Under the pieces are notes generated by a model that saw only the letters and a list, made by a program, of their open reading frames with translations, was not told the origin of the DNA and searched no databases. The position numbers and the translations under genes are program-made. From Chiloscyllium plagiosum (lineage: Eukaryota), in the NCBI RefSeq assembly GCF_004010195.1, contig NC_057751.1:5216199-5257503 (forward strand): 41,305 nucleotides of DNA, given 5' to 3'. This document shows, piece after piece, positions 22,217 to 33,125 of this stretch (its first letter is position 1; every line of letters starts with the position of its first letter).

Positions 22217-22860
22217 ATTCATTTATGGGACATGGGTGTCACTGGCTGGACAGCATTTAATGCCTGTCCCTAGTTACCCCTTGTGAAGGTCGGGGTAGGC
22301 TGTCTCCTTGAACATTACTGCAGTCCACTTGCTGTGGGTTGACCCACAATGCCCTTGGGGAGGGAATTCCAGGATTTTGATCCAGTGACACTGAAGGAAC
22401 AGTGATATATTTCCAAGTTGGGACAGTGAGGGGCTTGGAGGGGAACTTCCCATGTATCTGCTGTCCTTGCTCTTCTGGATGGAAGTGGTCATGGGCTTGG
22501 AAGGTACTGCCTGAGGATCTTTGGTGAATGTCTTGTAGATGGTACACACTGCTGCTACTGAGTGAGGGAGTGGATGTTTGTGGATGTGGGGCCAATCAAG
22601 TGCGGGCTGCTTTGTCCTGGATGGTGTTGAGCTTCTTGAGTGTTGTAGGAGCTGTCCCCGTCCAGGGGCAAGTGGGGAGTAATCCATCACACTCCTGACC
22701 TGTGCCATGTAGATGGTGGACAGGCTTCAGGGAGTCAGGAGGGGAGTTATTCACCACAGTATTCCCAGCCTTTGACCTGCTCTTGTAGCTGTATTTGTGT
22801 GGTGAGTTTCCGGTGAATGATAACCCCCTGATTGTTAGGAGTGGGGGATTCAGAGATGGA
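22217..22860 (-). mobile_element. Degraded non-LTR retrotransposon 3' end (CR1/L2-group, distinct family)
   Basis: AQVRSVMDYSPLA and APTTLKKLNTIQDKAAR remnants. The 3' tail agggacaggcattaaatgctg...ccagtgacacccatgtccc is shared with the SINE family. Confidence 0.75.
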
Positions 22861-24426
22861 ATAAGTGATTGAAAAAAGTACAAAGCATATATATTATTGT
22901 AAAACAGATTTTATATCAAAACAGTGCACATCACACGATTACTTCGACACAGAATAAAGCTCTCTGCTGTTATATCTTTGATCATTCATGCGAAAAAAAG
23001 CCACTTACATTTAACAACTTATGATATTTAACAAATGTTAAACTTTTTTTTAATGAAAATAAAGCTCAATAAATAAGTGATGTTTTCTGAACAGATCATT
23101 GTCCTTCATGCAGTGAACCAGCTGAACACATGACAGACAAGAGCTGACTGCCTACTGGGGTTGAACCAGATGGTCAATGAGATTTCCCAGTGGACTACAG
23201 GAGGAGCAATGTCACCCTGTGAAATATGGATCAATATCCAAGGATATCCTCTAAACCCAGCTCCCCACCTTTGGAGTGCGGAAAATATAAAGTTCAAATC
23301 TGATGGAGGCTTCACTCAGTACACATCTCTTTAAGAAATTATTTCTTTCCCCCCCCAACAACCATTGCGGGGGCGACCAGTAAAACAAACGTTGGACTGA
23401 TTTTCAAAGGTCAGCGGGGAGATCTCATCCTCAACAGTCCCAGATTCAGAAGTGTCAAGGCTTCACTCATTTAACGACATCCGCGTTGTGAACGGTTTAG
23501 GTAAACACAGCACCGACCTGAGGAAACAAACAGACAAATTGCTGGAAGAACTCAGCAGGACTGGTAGCCTCTGTGGAGTGAGCGAGAGACAAGTGTTCAA
23601 GTTTGGGGTCCCAGTGACTTTTCCTCAGAATGTCCAGAATCCTATTAAAAAGAGAGCAGGGTGTGGAGGGTGGGAACAGAGTGGGTTTGTGTTGGGGGAG
23701 GTTGCAAGGATTCCAGGGTACCCAGCACATGTTCTCAGAGGACAGAACTCTCCGGAAGCCAGTCCATTACCACTCCTGAAGTCAGACAGCTTGTCCCGAC
23801 GTGTGAAAACTCTCAAGGGTGAAGAGAGCTGGGAACAGGGAGTTTTCACATCAACCTCAAGTGTCCAAGAATCTGACAAGTGCGCAGCTCAGGATAAACC
23901 AAATGACAGGCTCCCATCTCTCTCAGCTTCTATCGCCTCCTTATCTCAGGCTCTCTCTCATCGCCAGGGGAAGCGTGTGACAGCAGTTTGATGCTGTGTC
24001 GGGTAGGACTGTGTGAGAGGTGAGCTGGCCCAGTGGAATGGAAACTGACACCAGAAGCTCGGGTCTAGGGGTAGTGTCCCCCCCTCTGAACGAGGAGACA
24101 CACCCTCCCTCTCAGGGAGTTGTCAGAACCTCCTCGACAGAGGTTGTTCAGAAATACAGCTGGTATCCGTCACAAATCCCAGAGAGGACCAGACAGTTTC
24201 TTTGCAAGGTTTCCTGTGTGGAGGCGACACAGGATCAGAATGTTGCAAATGCGACATGGTGTGTGGCTGCAATGCTGTTTGTGTGTCCTCACCAAACCTG
24301 CTGAACAAGGAAGTGGCAAATCTAACAATACTGGTCCACACCCAACTCACAATCAAACCGAGAACTGCTGATGCTGAAGATCTGAAACTTTACAGACTCA
24401 GCAGCTCTTGCAGCCTCTGTGCAGAT

Positions 24427-24464
<38 letters not shown>

Positions 24465-25734
24465 CAAGAGAGAGATAGACACACACACACTCTCTCTCAC
24501 GCACACACTCACACACACACAGTTGCTTGTAAGACAGTCCATCTGGGTCCTGGTCCAGAGCTGGCTCACACAGGGCTGAAAACCTTCACTCTGTTGTCTT
24601 TCTTTCTCACTCACCCTCTCTAGACAGACACTTGCAGAACTGCAGAGTTTCTCCAGCAAATTGCCCTCTCTGACCCCAGTGGAGAACAGCCATGATGCAG
24701 TCCGGATGACACTCACTGATTATACAGGTTGAACCTTTGAAAATGATTGGGTGAAATAAAAGAGAACCAAACTCAATGGGCAGGGAGCTTTGGCCTGGAG
24801 TTGGAGTTGGAGTACTGTTCTCCTTGATGTGGGACAGGGGGTGAATGCAGAGAGGGAAGGGGAGAGAGAAGGTTTGACAGGAATTGGCGAATTCTGACTT
24901 AATGCAGTGGGCAGAGAACAACATGTGGTTCCAGATGGAAGGTGTAAAATTTTCAGAGCTGAGCAACACCATTCCTGCTGTAGTCCACCTTCCTGAGCGC
25001 AATGTTTGACAAGGATAACTCAGAGGAGGGCAGAAAACACTGCAATCATCTTCGACTGGAAAATGATGGAGGAGAGGACAAGGCTGGCTTGGCCCAGGCT
25101 CTTGAGCAGCTCTGTGACACTCCCTCAGCAATTCTGCTTGCCTTCACTCTGATTCCTGTAAACCAGATCTCAGTTAGAATGGGACCACCTCTCTCACTGC
25201 TGTTAAATAGTCTCCCACTGTGATAGAACCAATCCCCACTAGTTCCCTGGATTTATCGGTGGTGATGAAGTTGCTGAGAATGCCTCTTTGAAAGGGCCAG
25301 GGGTGAGTCCCAATCTCAGCCAATCTCTATCAAGTTTTCCTTCATAATGTCCATTTCTACCAACATATCCACAGATATATACTACAACAACAACAACACT
25401 CACAAGCATACACAAGGGAGGTCACAGAAACACTCAGAGAGAGCCATGATGGGGATCAGATTCAGTGGGAAGAGGTGATTGTGTCATTCACAGTGAGTCC
25501 CACTGGAAGAGAAGTCATCCTGCTATCTCAGGCCATGAGAAGACTTGATCCAGATTGCTTGGTTTGGTTGTCAGGAAGGGGACCCTTTGCACTTGCGTAG
25601 AGATCAACCTGTCACCCGCTCTAACATCACAAGGTCACTTCATGCACAGAGTGAGTGATCACACCCATCTCTCCTTCCCCAGGAACTCTCTCTCAATATC
25701 CTCTCCTGACTCTCGTCTTTTGCCCTTATGTTAA

Positions 25735-26055
25735 GATTCATTTGCGGGATATGGGTCTTCCAAACTGGACTAAACCCAATGGTTAGCATTTCACTGTGAC
25801 CCTTGCTCATAACAGTATATCTGATTCATCACTGTGGGGCCTGGAGTGATACGTAGGCCAGACCAGGTAAGGATTCCCTTCCCGAACCAAATGGGGCTTT
25901 TTTACAGGTTGCCCAGTCACCATTAGTTAGTTTTTGATACCAGGTCTTTTTTTGAGTCCACATCTCATCACCCTACTCCCGTGAGATTTGAACTCAGGTC
26001 CCCAGAACATGAGCATAGCCCTCAGGATTAAACATCCAGTCACTACAGCACCAGT
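25735..26055 (-). mobile_element. tRNA-derived SINE (family of 37225-37570)
   Basis: Contains gtaggccagaccaggtaagga and a B-box-like gagttcaaatc on the minus strand. Confidence 0.55.
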
Positions 26056-27819
26056 GTAGGCCCCAATTCCACATTGTCCTTGGTCACAGACTCCTTTCTG
26101 GCTACTGACCCAAGCTGAACATGTGACCTGGCCTTGCCCTTGAGCTGAACATCTACAAGATCATCTACTTATATCTCTGTTACACCGCCTGTCTGCACTC
26201 CAACTCCTAACATCTCCCCACATACCCTTTCCCTCAACTCTCACTGTCAACTCAAACTCCCTTAGTGAGAACACCCTGATCCCTCATCACCCAAGCTCAT
26301 TGAGTGACATGGTCTGGTGACACACACCTGTGAAAAAACTCATCGAAATCTTCCTCACCAGTTGTCTCCTCCAGCTACTGTGCAGTCCCTGACCTTTCCC
26401 CTTCATTGTGAGATGATACCATACAGCTTTAAGGGGATTTTCCTTCAACTGCTTTCAACATGATCTCCCTCTCCAAGAAATGGTACCTGAGCCTACAAGC
26501 CATCCACTGTGAGGAACAGTGATACAAGTCACACAGACGGTACTTAGCTCCCAGTGAGTATTACCAGTGTATCATCTCTTCTCACCAATCTTTCTGGATA
26601 TCAAAGAGAGGGTGAAAATCAGTGCCCTTGACTCCAACATTGGGAGAAATAGCTTTGTGCTGCGATACCCCTTCCCTAACCTCTCTCAATCCTCCTCTGA
26701 ATACTGACACTGAGCAGCCTCACATCCTAATCACACAATCCCAGAAATGTTCTGGTACACAAGGAGCATATTCAGCCCATTGGTGCCTGGACTGGCTCTT
26801 CAAGTCAACACAATAGCTTTGTTCCAATCTTCCCCCATACTACATCTAATCTTCTCTGAAACATAATGTCATCTTCTTAAGCTCACAGCCCTTGAGAGGT
26901 TTCTGGAGATGATTCACCTCAGCAATCAAGTCACAAAGACAAACTTTCCTCTGGTCATCAGTTCAGCACTGTGTTCATTGGGAAAGCTGACCTGGAAAGT
27001 CTGGACTCAACTCAATATTGCTGAGGGCAACGCCATCAGGGATTGAGCTGGAACAAATCAAGGTTGGACTCTTGTGGGGAGTAGTGTAGAAATAGAAGGC
27101 ACAGCTACTCAGGAAGTGTGATATAACATACGTGAAGAGGTTGTTTTGGAAATATCTAGAACATAAGTGATTTCCAATCTGAGCAGCCCAACCTGAAATG
27201 GTTCAGTAGCCAGTCATATTCAAACGGTCAAGGATTGTAGACCTGTTTGTCTTGACCATCCCCTTCAGATAAGCAGGGGCTCCATGTGTGTCTCAGCCTT
27301 TCAGAGGCTTGGAAACAGGGAATAGCGCCAAAGTGGGGAGCACTGTGACCCAGCTGTCTCTACATGCAAGACATTACTCCAGCAGAGAAACCTCTTGGAC
27401 TTTGAGCAAACAGCATGTTTAAAAACCTGCCACAACATTTGGAAAGTCAAATATTGCAAGGTGTGTCTGTCACAGTGCAGACATTCCAACTCCAATGTGG
27501 AGGAGAGACACAACAGCTTCCAAGACTTTCAGTATGATTGAAAGGAAAGGAAGAGATTTCTCAATCTTCTTCAGGGGCTTCTTTTTGCCAATTAGCTGTG
27601 AAATTTTCCCAGACTTTTTTTTTAGGAATGGTTTCTGTGACCTCTCAAACAAGTGACTAACAGACAGTTCATTATAAATCTCAGATTTAGCTGTACATGG
27701 GTCCTTAAATAAGCATCTTAAATAGGCAGATAAAAAAAATGTACACATTTACAACCATAGTTCTTAAATACTTTGGAGACTGATATATATTAGAGGGACT
27801 TTGTCAAGATTCTGTTGTA

Positions 27820-28754
27820 CTATCTGCAACCACACTCAGCCACCACCATCCCTTCATATTTGAACTTATAGGTGACTGCACCTGCATGATCCCTATACAG
27901 GATGGAGATGGGGTCCAGTTTAGTGGGCACACAACAAGCCTTGGCTGCCATTTTGGGGTTCTGGAGATTGACCAGTGTCTGAACAATCGCATGCTTAGTC
28001 GGGGTGACTTGCTCAGTCAGTGGGTAGTAGCAGAAGCCTTTGCACTCATATGCTTCATACCCTGAGGGGGCTATGATCCAGGAGTCCCAGCCAATGTCCT
28101 TAAACTCAACGTAGAGGGGGCTCCTTTTGCAGTAGCTGCCTTTTGCACTCCTGCGGATCCTGGAGGAAGTGTCATAGAGCATGTTTGACTGCCTCTGCAG
28201 CAAGGTTTCTTCACTCAAGCTGAAGGTTTCCCTGTTGAAACTCTGGAAGGCCACATCTTTCTCATGGTCAATCATCTGCTCCAACTCCTCAATCGCCTCT
28301 TTCTTGATGCTGTTTCTGTCATCAGAAAAGACAATCAGCAAGGGCACATGGTTTGTCTCTGGCTTCATGTCAATGTCCAGGCTTCCCTCATTCTGCTTTT
28401 CAGTTTCTACACTTTCAATATGCACCTCAAGCCGGTGAGTGGTACTGTCCAACTTGGACCATCTCATCATCGCTTCGGTCAGATCAAATGTCTCCCAGTT
28501 GCTGGCTCTGCCAGGTAATTGTCTTTCGGCTAACTTCTTGAGAGCGGAGCCATTACCTGTCCTCTCATCGTGCTGACTGTTCACTTCATAGATGGTGACT
28601 TTCCTCTCCACTCCCTGGTATGTTTTCTGATCTATGTTGACCAGGGTGAAGAGGCGGAGTTCAGCCATGGTGATTTCCTCATGGTGAGGAACTGACACAT
28701 TGAAGAGCAGCTGATGGATCCTCAAACTATCCGTTTGGTTGCCCACTGAAAGGT
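27820..28754 (-). CDS. BMP10: BMP10 exon 2: prodomain C-terminal part, RIRR furin site (28161-28150) and mature TGF-beta domain (28149-27823)
   Basis: Acceptor cttctgtctgttccAG (28756-28755), phase 1 G|AC. It encodes LLFNVSVPHHEEITMAELRL...SNMLYDTSSRIRR/SAKGSYCKR...WDSWIIAP...CCVPTKL...TYKFKYEGM...CGCR* with seven conserved cysteines. RIRR.AKG.YCKR and TYKFKYEGM are BMP10-type, and the ARHGAP25 synteny agrees. Confidence 0.95.
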
Positions 28755-28935
28755 CTGGAACAGACAGAAGTGGTTAGTCAAAAAGGTACTGCAAAGGTGA
28801 GACTCACTCAGAGGCCTGTCAGGCAAATATGGGTGCTCCTGCCTCCTTCCCTGATTGCGTCTATGAACTGGGCATTTCAATTGGCTGGAAATGAGATGCC
28901 TGAGTGTAGTTTAATAGTCTGATGAAGATGCGTTG

Positions 28936-29560
28936 ATAGAGTCATAGAGATGTACAGCATGGAAACAGACCCTTCCGTCCAACCCATCCATACCGACCAG
29001 ATATCCCAACCCAATCTAGTCCAACCGGCCAGCATCTGGCCCATATCCCTCCAAACCCTTCCTATTCATATACCCATCCAGATGCATTTGAAATATTGCA
29101 ATTGTACCAGCCTCCACCACATTCTCTGGCAGCTCATTCCATACACGTATCACCCTCTGTGTGAAAAAGTTGCCCCTTAGGTCTCTTTTATATCTTTCCT
29201 CTCTCACCTTAAACCTATGCCCTCTAGTTCTGTACTCTCCCACCCCAGGGAAAAGACTTTGTCTATTTATCCTATCCATGCCCCTCATGATTTTGCAAAC
29301 CTCTATAAGGTCACCCCTCAGCCTCCGACGCTCCAGGGAAAACAGCCCCAGCCTGTTCAGACTCTCCCTATAGCTCAAATCCTCCAACCCTGGCAACATC
29401 CTTGTAAATCTTTTCTGAACCGTTTCATGTTTCACAACATCTTTCTGATAGGAAGGAGACCAGAATTGCACCCAATATTCCAACAGTGGCCTATCCAATG
29501 TCCTGTACAGCCACAACATGACCTCCCAACTCCTGTACTCAACACGCTGACCGACAAAGG
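28936..29560 (-). mobile_element. CR1-type LINE 3' fragment in the BMP10 intron (sense to the gene)
   Basis: 182-aa ORF with LEYWVQFWSP, RRRLRGDLIEV, FFTQRVIRVWNELP; tail ctctatgactctat. Confidence 0.92.
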
Positions 29561-29569
29561 TCAACTGAA

Positions 29570-29675
29570 GCCTCTGATGAAGAGTTACCTAGACTCGAAA
29601 TGTCAGCTTGCTTTCTCTGCATGGATGTTGCCTGACCCACTGTGACCTCCAGCATTTGTTGTTTCCTGTAGTTTC
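29570..29675 (+). mobile_element. PLE end with hammerhead-like motif (third variant family)
   Basis: CTGATGA-A-GAGTT-accta-GACTC-GAAAT-GTC (29574-29604), followed by ggatgttgcctgacc...ctccagcatttg. Confidence 0.65.
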
Positions 29676-29923
29676 TGTGTTCTCTCTAACCCCATTAAAT
29701 ATCAGACAGGCAGATAGATTGCCTTACTGTGTGTCAGCTAGCAGATCTAAACCACGTAGGCCAATGATAATGGCAGGGTAGAAGTGGCCCTGTGCAAATC
29801 AGAGATCGACACTGTTGCTCAGTCAGGAGCACTGTCTAAAAATGGCCTTGCTGTCTACCTTAATGAGCTAGCATTGCACTGATCAGTAAAACTCTGCTGT
29901 TGGCTGGACTTGTGTTGAGACTC

Positions 29924-30017
29924 CTGATGAAGGGCTTTTGCCCAAAATGTCGATTTTCCTGCTCCTCGGATGCTGCCTGACCTGCTGTGCTTTTCCAGCA
30001 CCACTCTGAACTAAACC
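29924..30017 (+). mobile_element. PLE end with CpG-decayed hammerhead motif
   Basis: CTGATGA-A-GGGC-tttt-GCCC-AAAAT-GTC. Imperfect TSD cttgtgttgagactc (29909-29923) / cttgtgtctagactc (30018-30032). Confidence 0.75.
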
Positions 30018-30062
30018 CTTGTGTCTAGACTCAGACCTGCAGACTGGGACAATTCGAATATT

Positions 30063-30626
30063 TGTGATGATGCTGCTGCTTTAACAATGTTATGTTGTCC
30101 TCAGTATTTTTCAAGAGGGGTTGTAAAGGCAGAGGTTCTCATATGTCTGGAAACACTTTTCTTTTAAAACACTTGGACAATGAAAGGGGAGTGTCCAGTT
30201 CTCCCAGTTCATAGTTTTACCCTGGTTTGGTTTTAACAAGTTGTCTATTTGAGGGTGCTGGTCAGAGAAGGCTGCTGATTCAACAAGAGGTTTTCTGGCT
30301 GACTCTCTCTCCCTGCAATTTCTCTCTCTCCTGTTAAGAACCTGGGTGTGGCCTGTTGCTTTTTGCCAAGTGGTGTGTTTATGGGATGTTGCAGGAAATC
30401 AGAACAGCTCCTTGTGAAGTTGCGTTTTTGTGTTGGTCAGGATTTCAAACGGTTATGTTATTCAAAATTCAGTTTTTTTTTGTGTAAATAAATTCTGTTT
30501 TGATTGGTTGGGCCAGTTACATCTCTCCTGGAATATCCACTCTGCACCCGCTCAAAACAACTCAAAATGTTAGCGTCTGGGCTACTTTATTAAAATGCTT
30601 GGAGAGGTTTGGTCTGGTCTATAACA
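30063..30626 (+). mobile_element. Solo LTR (564 bp) inserted into a CR1 tail fragment (about 30040-30062 and 30627-30760) in the BMP10 intron
   Basis: TGT...ACA ends, internal AATAAA, 4-bp flanks tatt/catt. The flanks rejoin into the CR1 3' sequence ...acaatt...atttaaaagtcatctgga.gggtatatga. Confidence 0.65.
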
Positions 30627-31974
30627 CATTTAAAAGTCATCTGGAGGGGTATATGAAAAGGAAGGGTTCAGAGGGCTTTGGGCCAAGTGCTGGCAAATGG
30701 GACTTGATTAATTTAGGATATCTGGTCAGCATGGATCAGTTGGGCCGAAGGGTCTGACTCTGGGCTAAAATGCTTCACACAAACTGGAAAAACAGAACAT
30801 TTGAAATTCAGCCTAAAGATGAGATCTTAGGACGGCAATCCTGGGGTGGAAAGGAGCCTTTTATGACATGTCTTGAGGACGTAGAGGGAGGCGGAGAGAT
30901 TTAACGAGGAAGATCAGGAGATGAAAGCCCAGGCACCAACAAGTAAGAAACAGAACGAGAATGGAAATGTTGCAGGGTTGGAGGTGTGAGGGAGGGTGGC
31001 AGAGATCGTGCAGGCTGGTAATGATAGGAAAGAAGAGGCAAGAATTCAAAACTGAATGCATGAGAATCAAGTGAATGTTGATCCATTGGAGGGGCAGTGT
31101 GGCAAATAGATTATTACAGGGTGTGGCACATTCAATCAGGTCAGTGACATCTGTCCCAAATGTAAATGGACATATAATCGATCGGGGTCAGAGCGAGACC
31201 CATTCCTACTCTCGGGGTGATTATTATCGATCGGGGTCAGTGATACCTGTGTGGATCAGGGGTCTATGCTCCTTGGGATCTCACATGGATGGGAGTTGGT
31301 ACTGGGTCTTCTCTGTTGTTTTTCAACAGTGCAGTGACATCATTGCTTGAACTGCTGTGATGTCTGACGTGATGGCCTGGAACCTGCCAGTTAAAGAGAT
31401 GTGTGTGTGTGTGTGTGTGTTCACTCACTGTTCAGGGTCTGTAATTGGGGACAATGTGACTGGCTTCTCCATCTCCTGTTACCCCTTACAGCAGGGACTT
31501 GACATTCCCCCACCCACCACCTTCCCTCAATGTCAATGCAACGGCTTTTCCTCTGCCAAATGCACACTTCCCTTTACCATGGCAGAGAAGTCAGATCTGT
31601 GAGGGATCTCAGACTGCAACCAGAAAGGATTCCCCACTGCCTGGCTCATTCACCCTAACCCTAATCCCAAATCTCTTGTCAGGACTTCGGTGAATGTCCC
31701 TTCAGTGAGCGTGTGCGAATCAAACACCCTGTGTCTTTTCAGGGTCCCCTCCTTCTGTCTGTTGACTACTATCTTCAGTTGCCCCAGTTCACTGACAGAC
31801 CCCTGAAGCAAAGAATCAACATGTTTCTGTGGGGACGTGGTTTCCCCTGCAACCCCACACCAAACACCACCCTGACCCCCACAACCAGCCCCTGGGAGGA
31901 CATAGGAACCTGGAACCTCTTCCATCCCCAAACCTTCCCCGGTCCCCTGGGACTGTTGCACTGGAGTGTGCAGT

Positions 31975-32285
31975 TGCTTTCTCAGGAAATGTTGCATTGG
32001 AAAAAGCAGTGCATTCTCTGGGAATATTGAACTGGGAAGAGCAGTTGCATTCTGTAAGAATGTTGGATTGGAAAGAGCAGTGTATTCGCTGGGAATGTTG
32101 CATTGGAAAAAGCAGTGCATTCTCTGGGAACGTTGGATTGGAAAGAGCAGTTGCATTCTCTGGGAATGCTGAACTGGAAAAAGCAGTGCATTCTCTGGGA
32201 ATGTTGCATTGGAAAGAGCAGTGTATTCGCTGGGAATGTTGCATTGGAAAAAGCAGTGCGTTCTGTGGAAATGTTGGGTGTTGGA
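31975..32285. repeat. 35-36-bp minisatellite (about 8.5 units; ggaatgttgcattggaaaaagcagtgcattctctg) in BMP10 intron 1
   Basis: Visible periodic units, ending about 240 bp from the exon 1 donor and followed by (CA)n and a C-rich tract. Confidence 0.92.
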
Positions 32286-32527
32286 ATCAAACACACCCGT
32301 ACACACACACACACACACACACAGAAGGCAGTGTGAGCTCTGTACCCCACGACCGTGGCACTCCGGGAGAACTGTTCCCCACTCTTTCCAACGTCCCCCC
32401 CCCCAGCCTGGCTGGAAGAGGGCTTCAGCAAGCAGCAGCCCTTGCTCCCCTCTCGCCCCCCCCCCCCCCACCGCCTAGCTCCTGAAAGTGCTCCCCGATG
32501 GAGAACAGGGGATAGGGAGAGCTTTAC

Positions 32528-32855
32528 CTCCACTCTTGAAGCTCCTGATCACGTTGGAGGACGGTCTGGCGGTTCTGTCGTTGGCGAACCTGTTGTACAG
32601 GTCCAGCATGTACTCAGGGGGCTGTGGTCTCTGGCCTGGGAGCCCCGGGCTTGCTGACAGATTCAGGGATTTGAGGAAGTCCGCTTTGATCTTGGCCAGC
32701 AGGTTGCTGAAGTCAGCTGTCTCTTCATTCTGGAGTTGATCATCCAGCAGGTAAGTGCTCTGTGCTTGGCTCAGGTCTGCCCTGGTGTCTATGGGGCTGC
32801 TGGCTGTGAGACTGAACACAGTGCCCAGCAGCCAAAAAGACAAACTTCTCCACAT
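32528..32855 (-). CDS. BMP10: BMP10 exon 1: signal peptide and N-terminal prodomain
   Basis: ATG at 32855: MWRSLSFWLLGTVFSLTASSP (signal peptide)...FLKSLNLS...PPEYMLDLYNRFANDRTARPSSNVIRSFKSG, then donor G|GTAAAG (GT at 32527-32526). 328+935 nt = 1263 nt = 420 aa plus stop, in frame with exon 2. Intron length is 3773 bp. Confidence 0.95.
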
Positions 32856-32984
32856 CCTTGGCAGCTTCTCTCCCTCACTCTGGGTTCCTGCAAACCTGTA
32901 CTCACTGTCAACCTCAGGAGCTAGCTTAATCCTCTCTCTCTCTCTCTCTCTGTCCCCGCGGGTCTCATTCAAAACTACATCACT

Positions 32985-33125
32985 GACCAAACTTGGCTTG
33001 GCAAAAGTAATTTGCCTGACGTCTGATTGAGCGAGAGAGCCTGCTCCCAGTAATTGGCTAACACTGAGTGACCTCGCATTTCCCCCTTATCTCTCTCTCT
33101 CTCTCTCACTCTCTAGCAGATAGTG
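32985..33125 (-). promoter_or_regulatory. Putative BMP10 proximal promoter
   Basis: 130-270 bp upstream of the ATG: non-consensus CArG CCAAACTTGG (32987-32996), CRE-like TGACGTCT (33017-33024), CCAAT (33057-33053), nuclear-receptor half-site TGACCT (33069-33074), GATA sites (33086-33092, 33118-33123). The transcription start site is not determined. Confidence 0.5.

Noticed and set aside
23452..23991. 179-aa ORF
   Set aside because: Non-ATG start, no recognisable domain, and it overlaps a degraded PLE tail (about 23520-23630).
31650..32533. ORFs of 183-273 aa on both strands in BMP10 intron 1
   Set aside because: They run through the 35-36-bp minisatellite and the (CA)n/C-rich tracts; low complexity with no recognisable domain.
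27820..32855. Calling the gene GDF2/BMP9
   Set aside because: The RIRR cleavage context, AKG.YCKR and TYKFKYEGM motifs and the ARHGAP25 neighbour favour BMP10, despite several BMP9-like residues.
32856..32990. 45-aa N-terminal extension of BMP10 in the ORF track
   Set aside because: It starts at a non-ATG codon (TTG) and includes a GA microsatellite. The signal peptide begins at the ATG at 32855.
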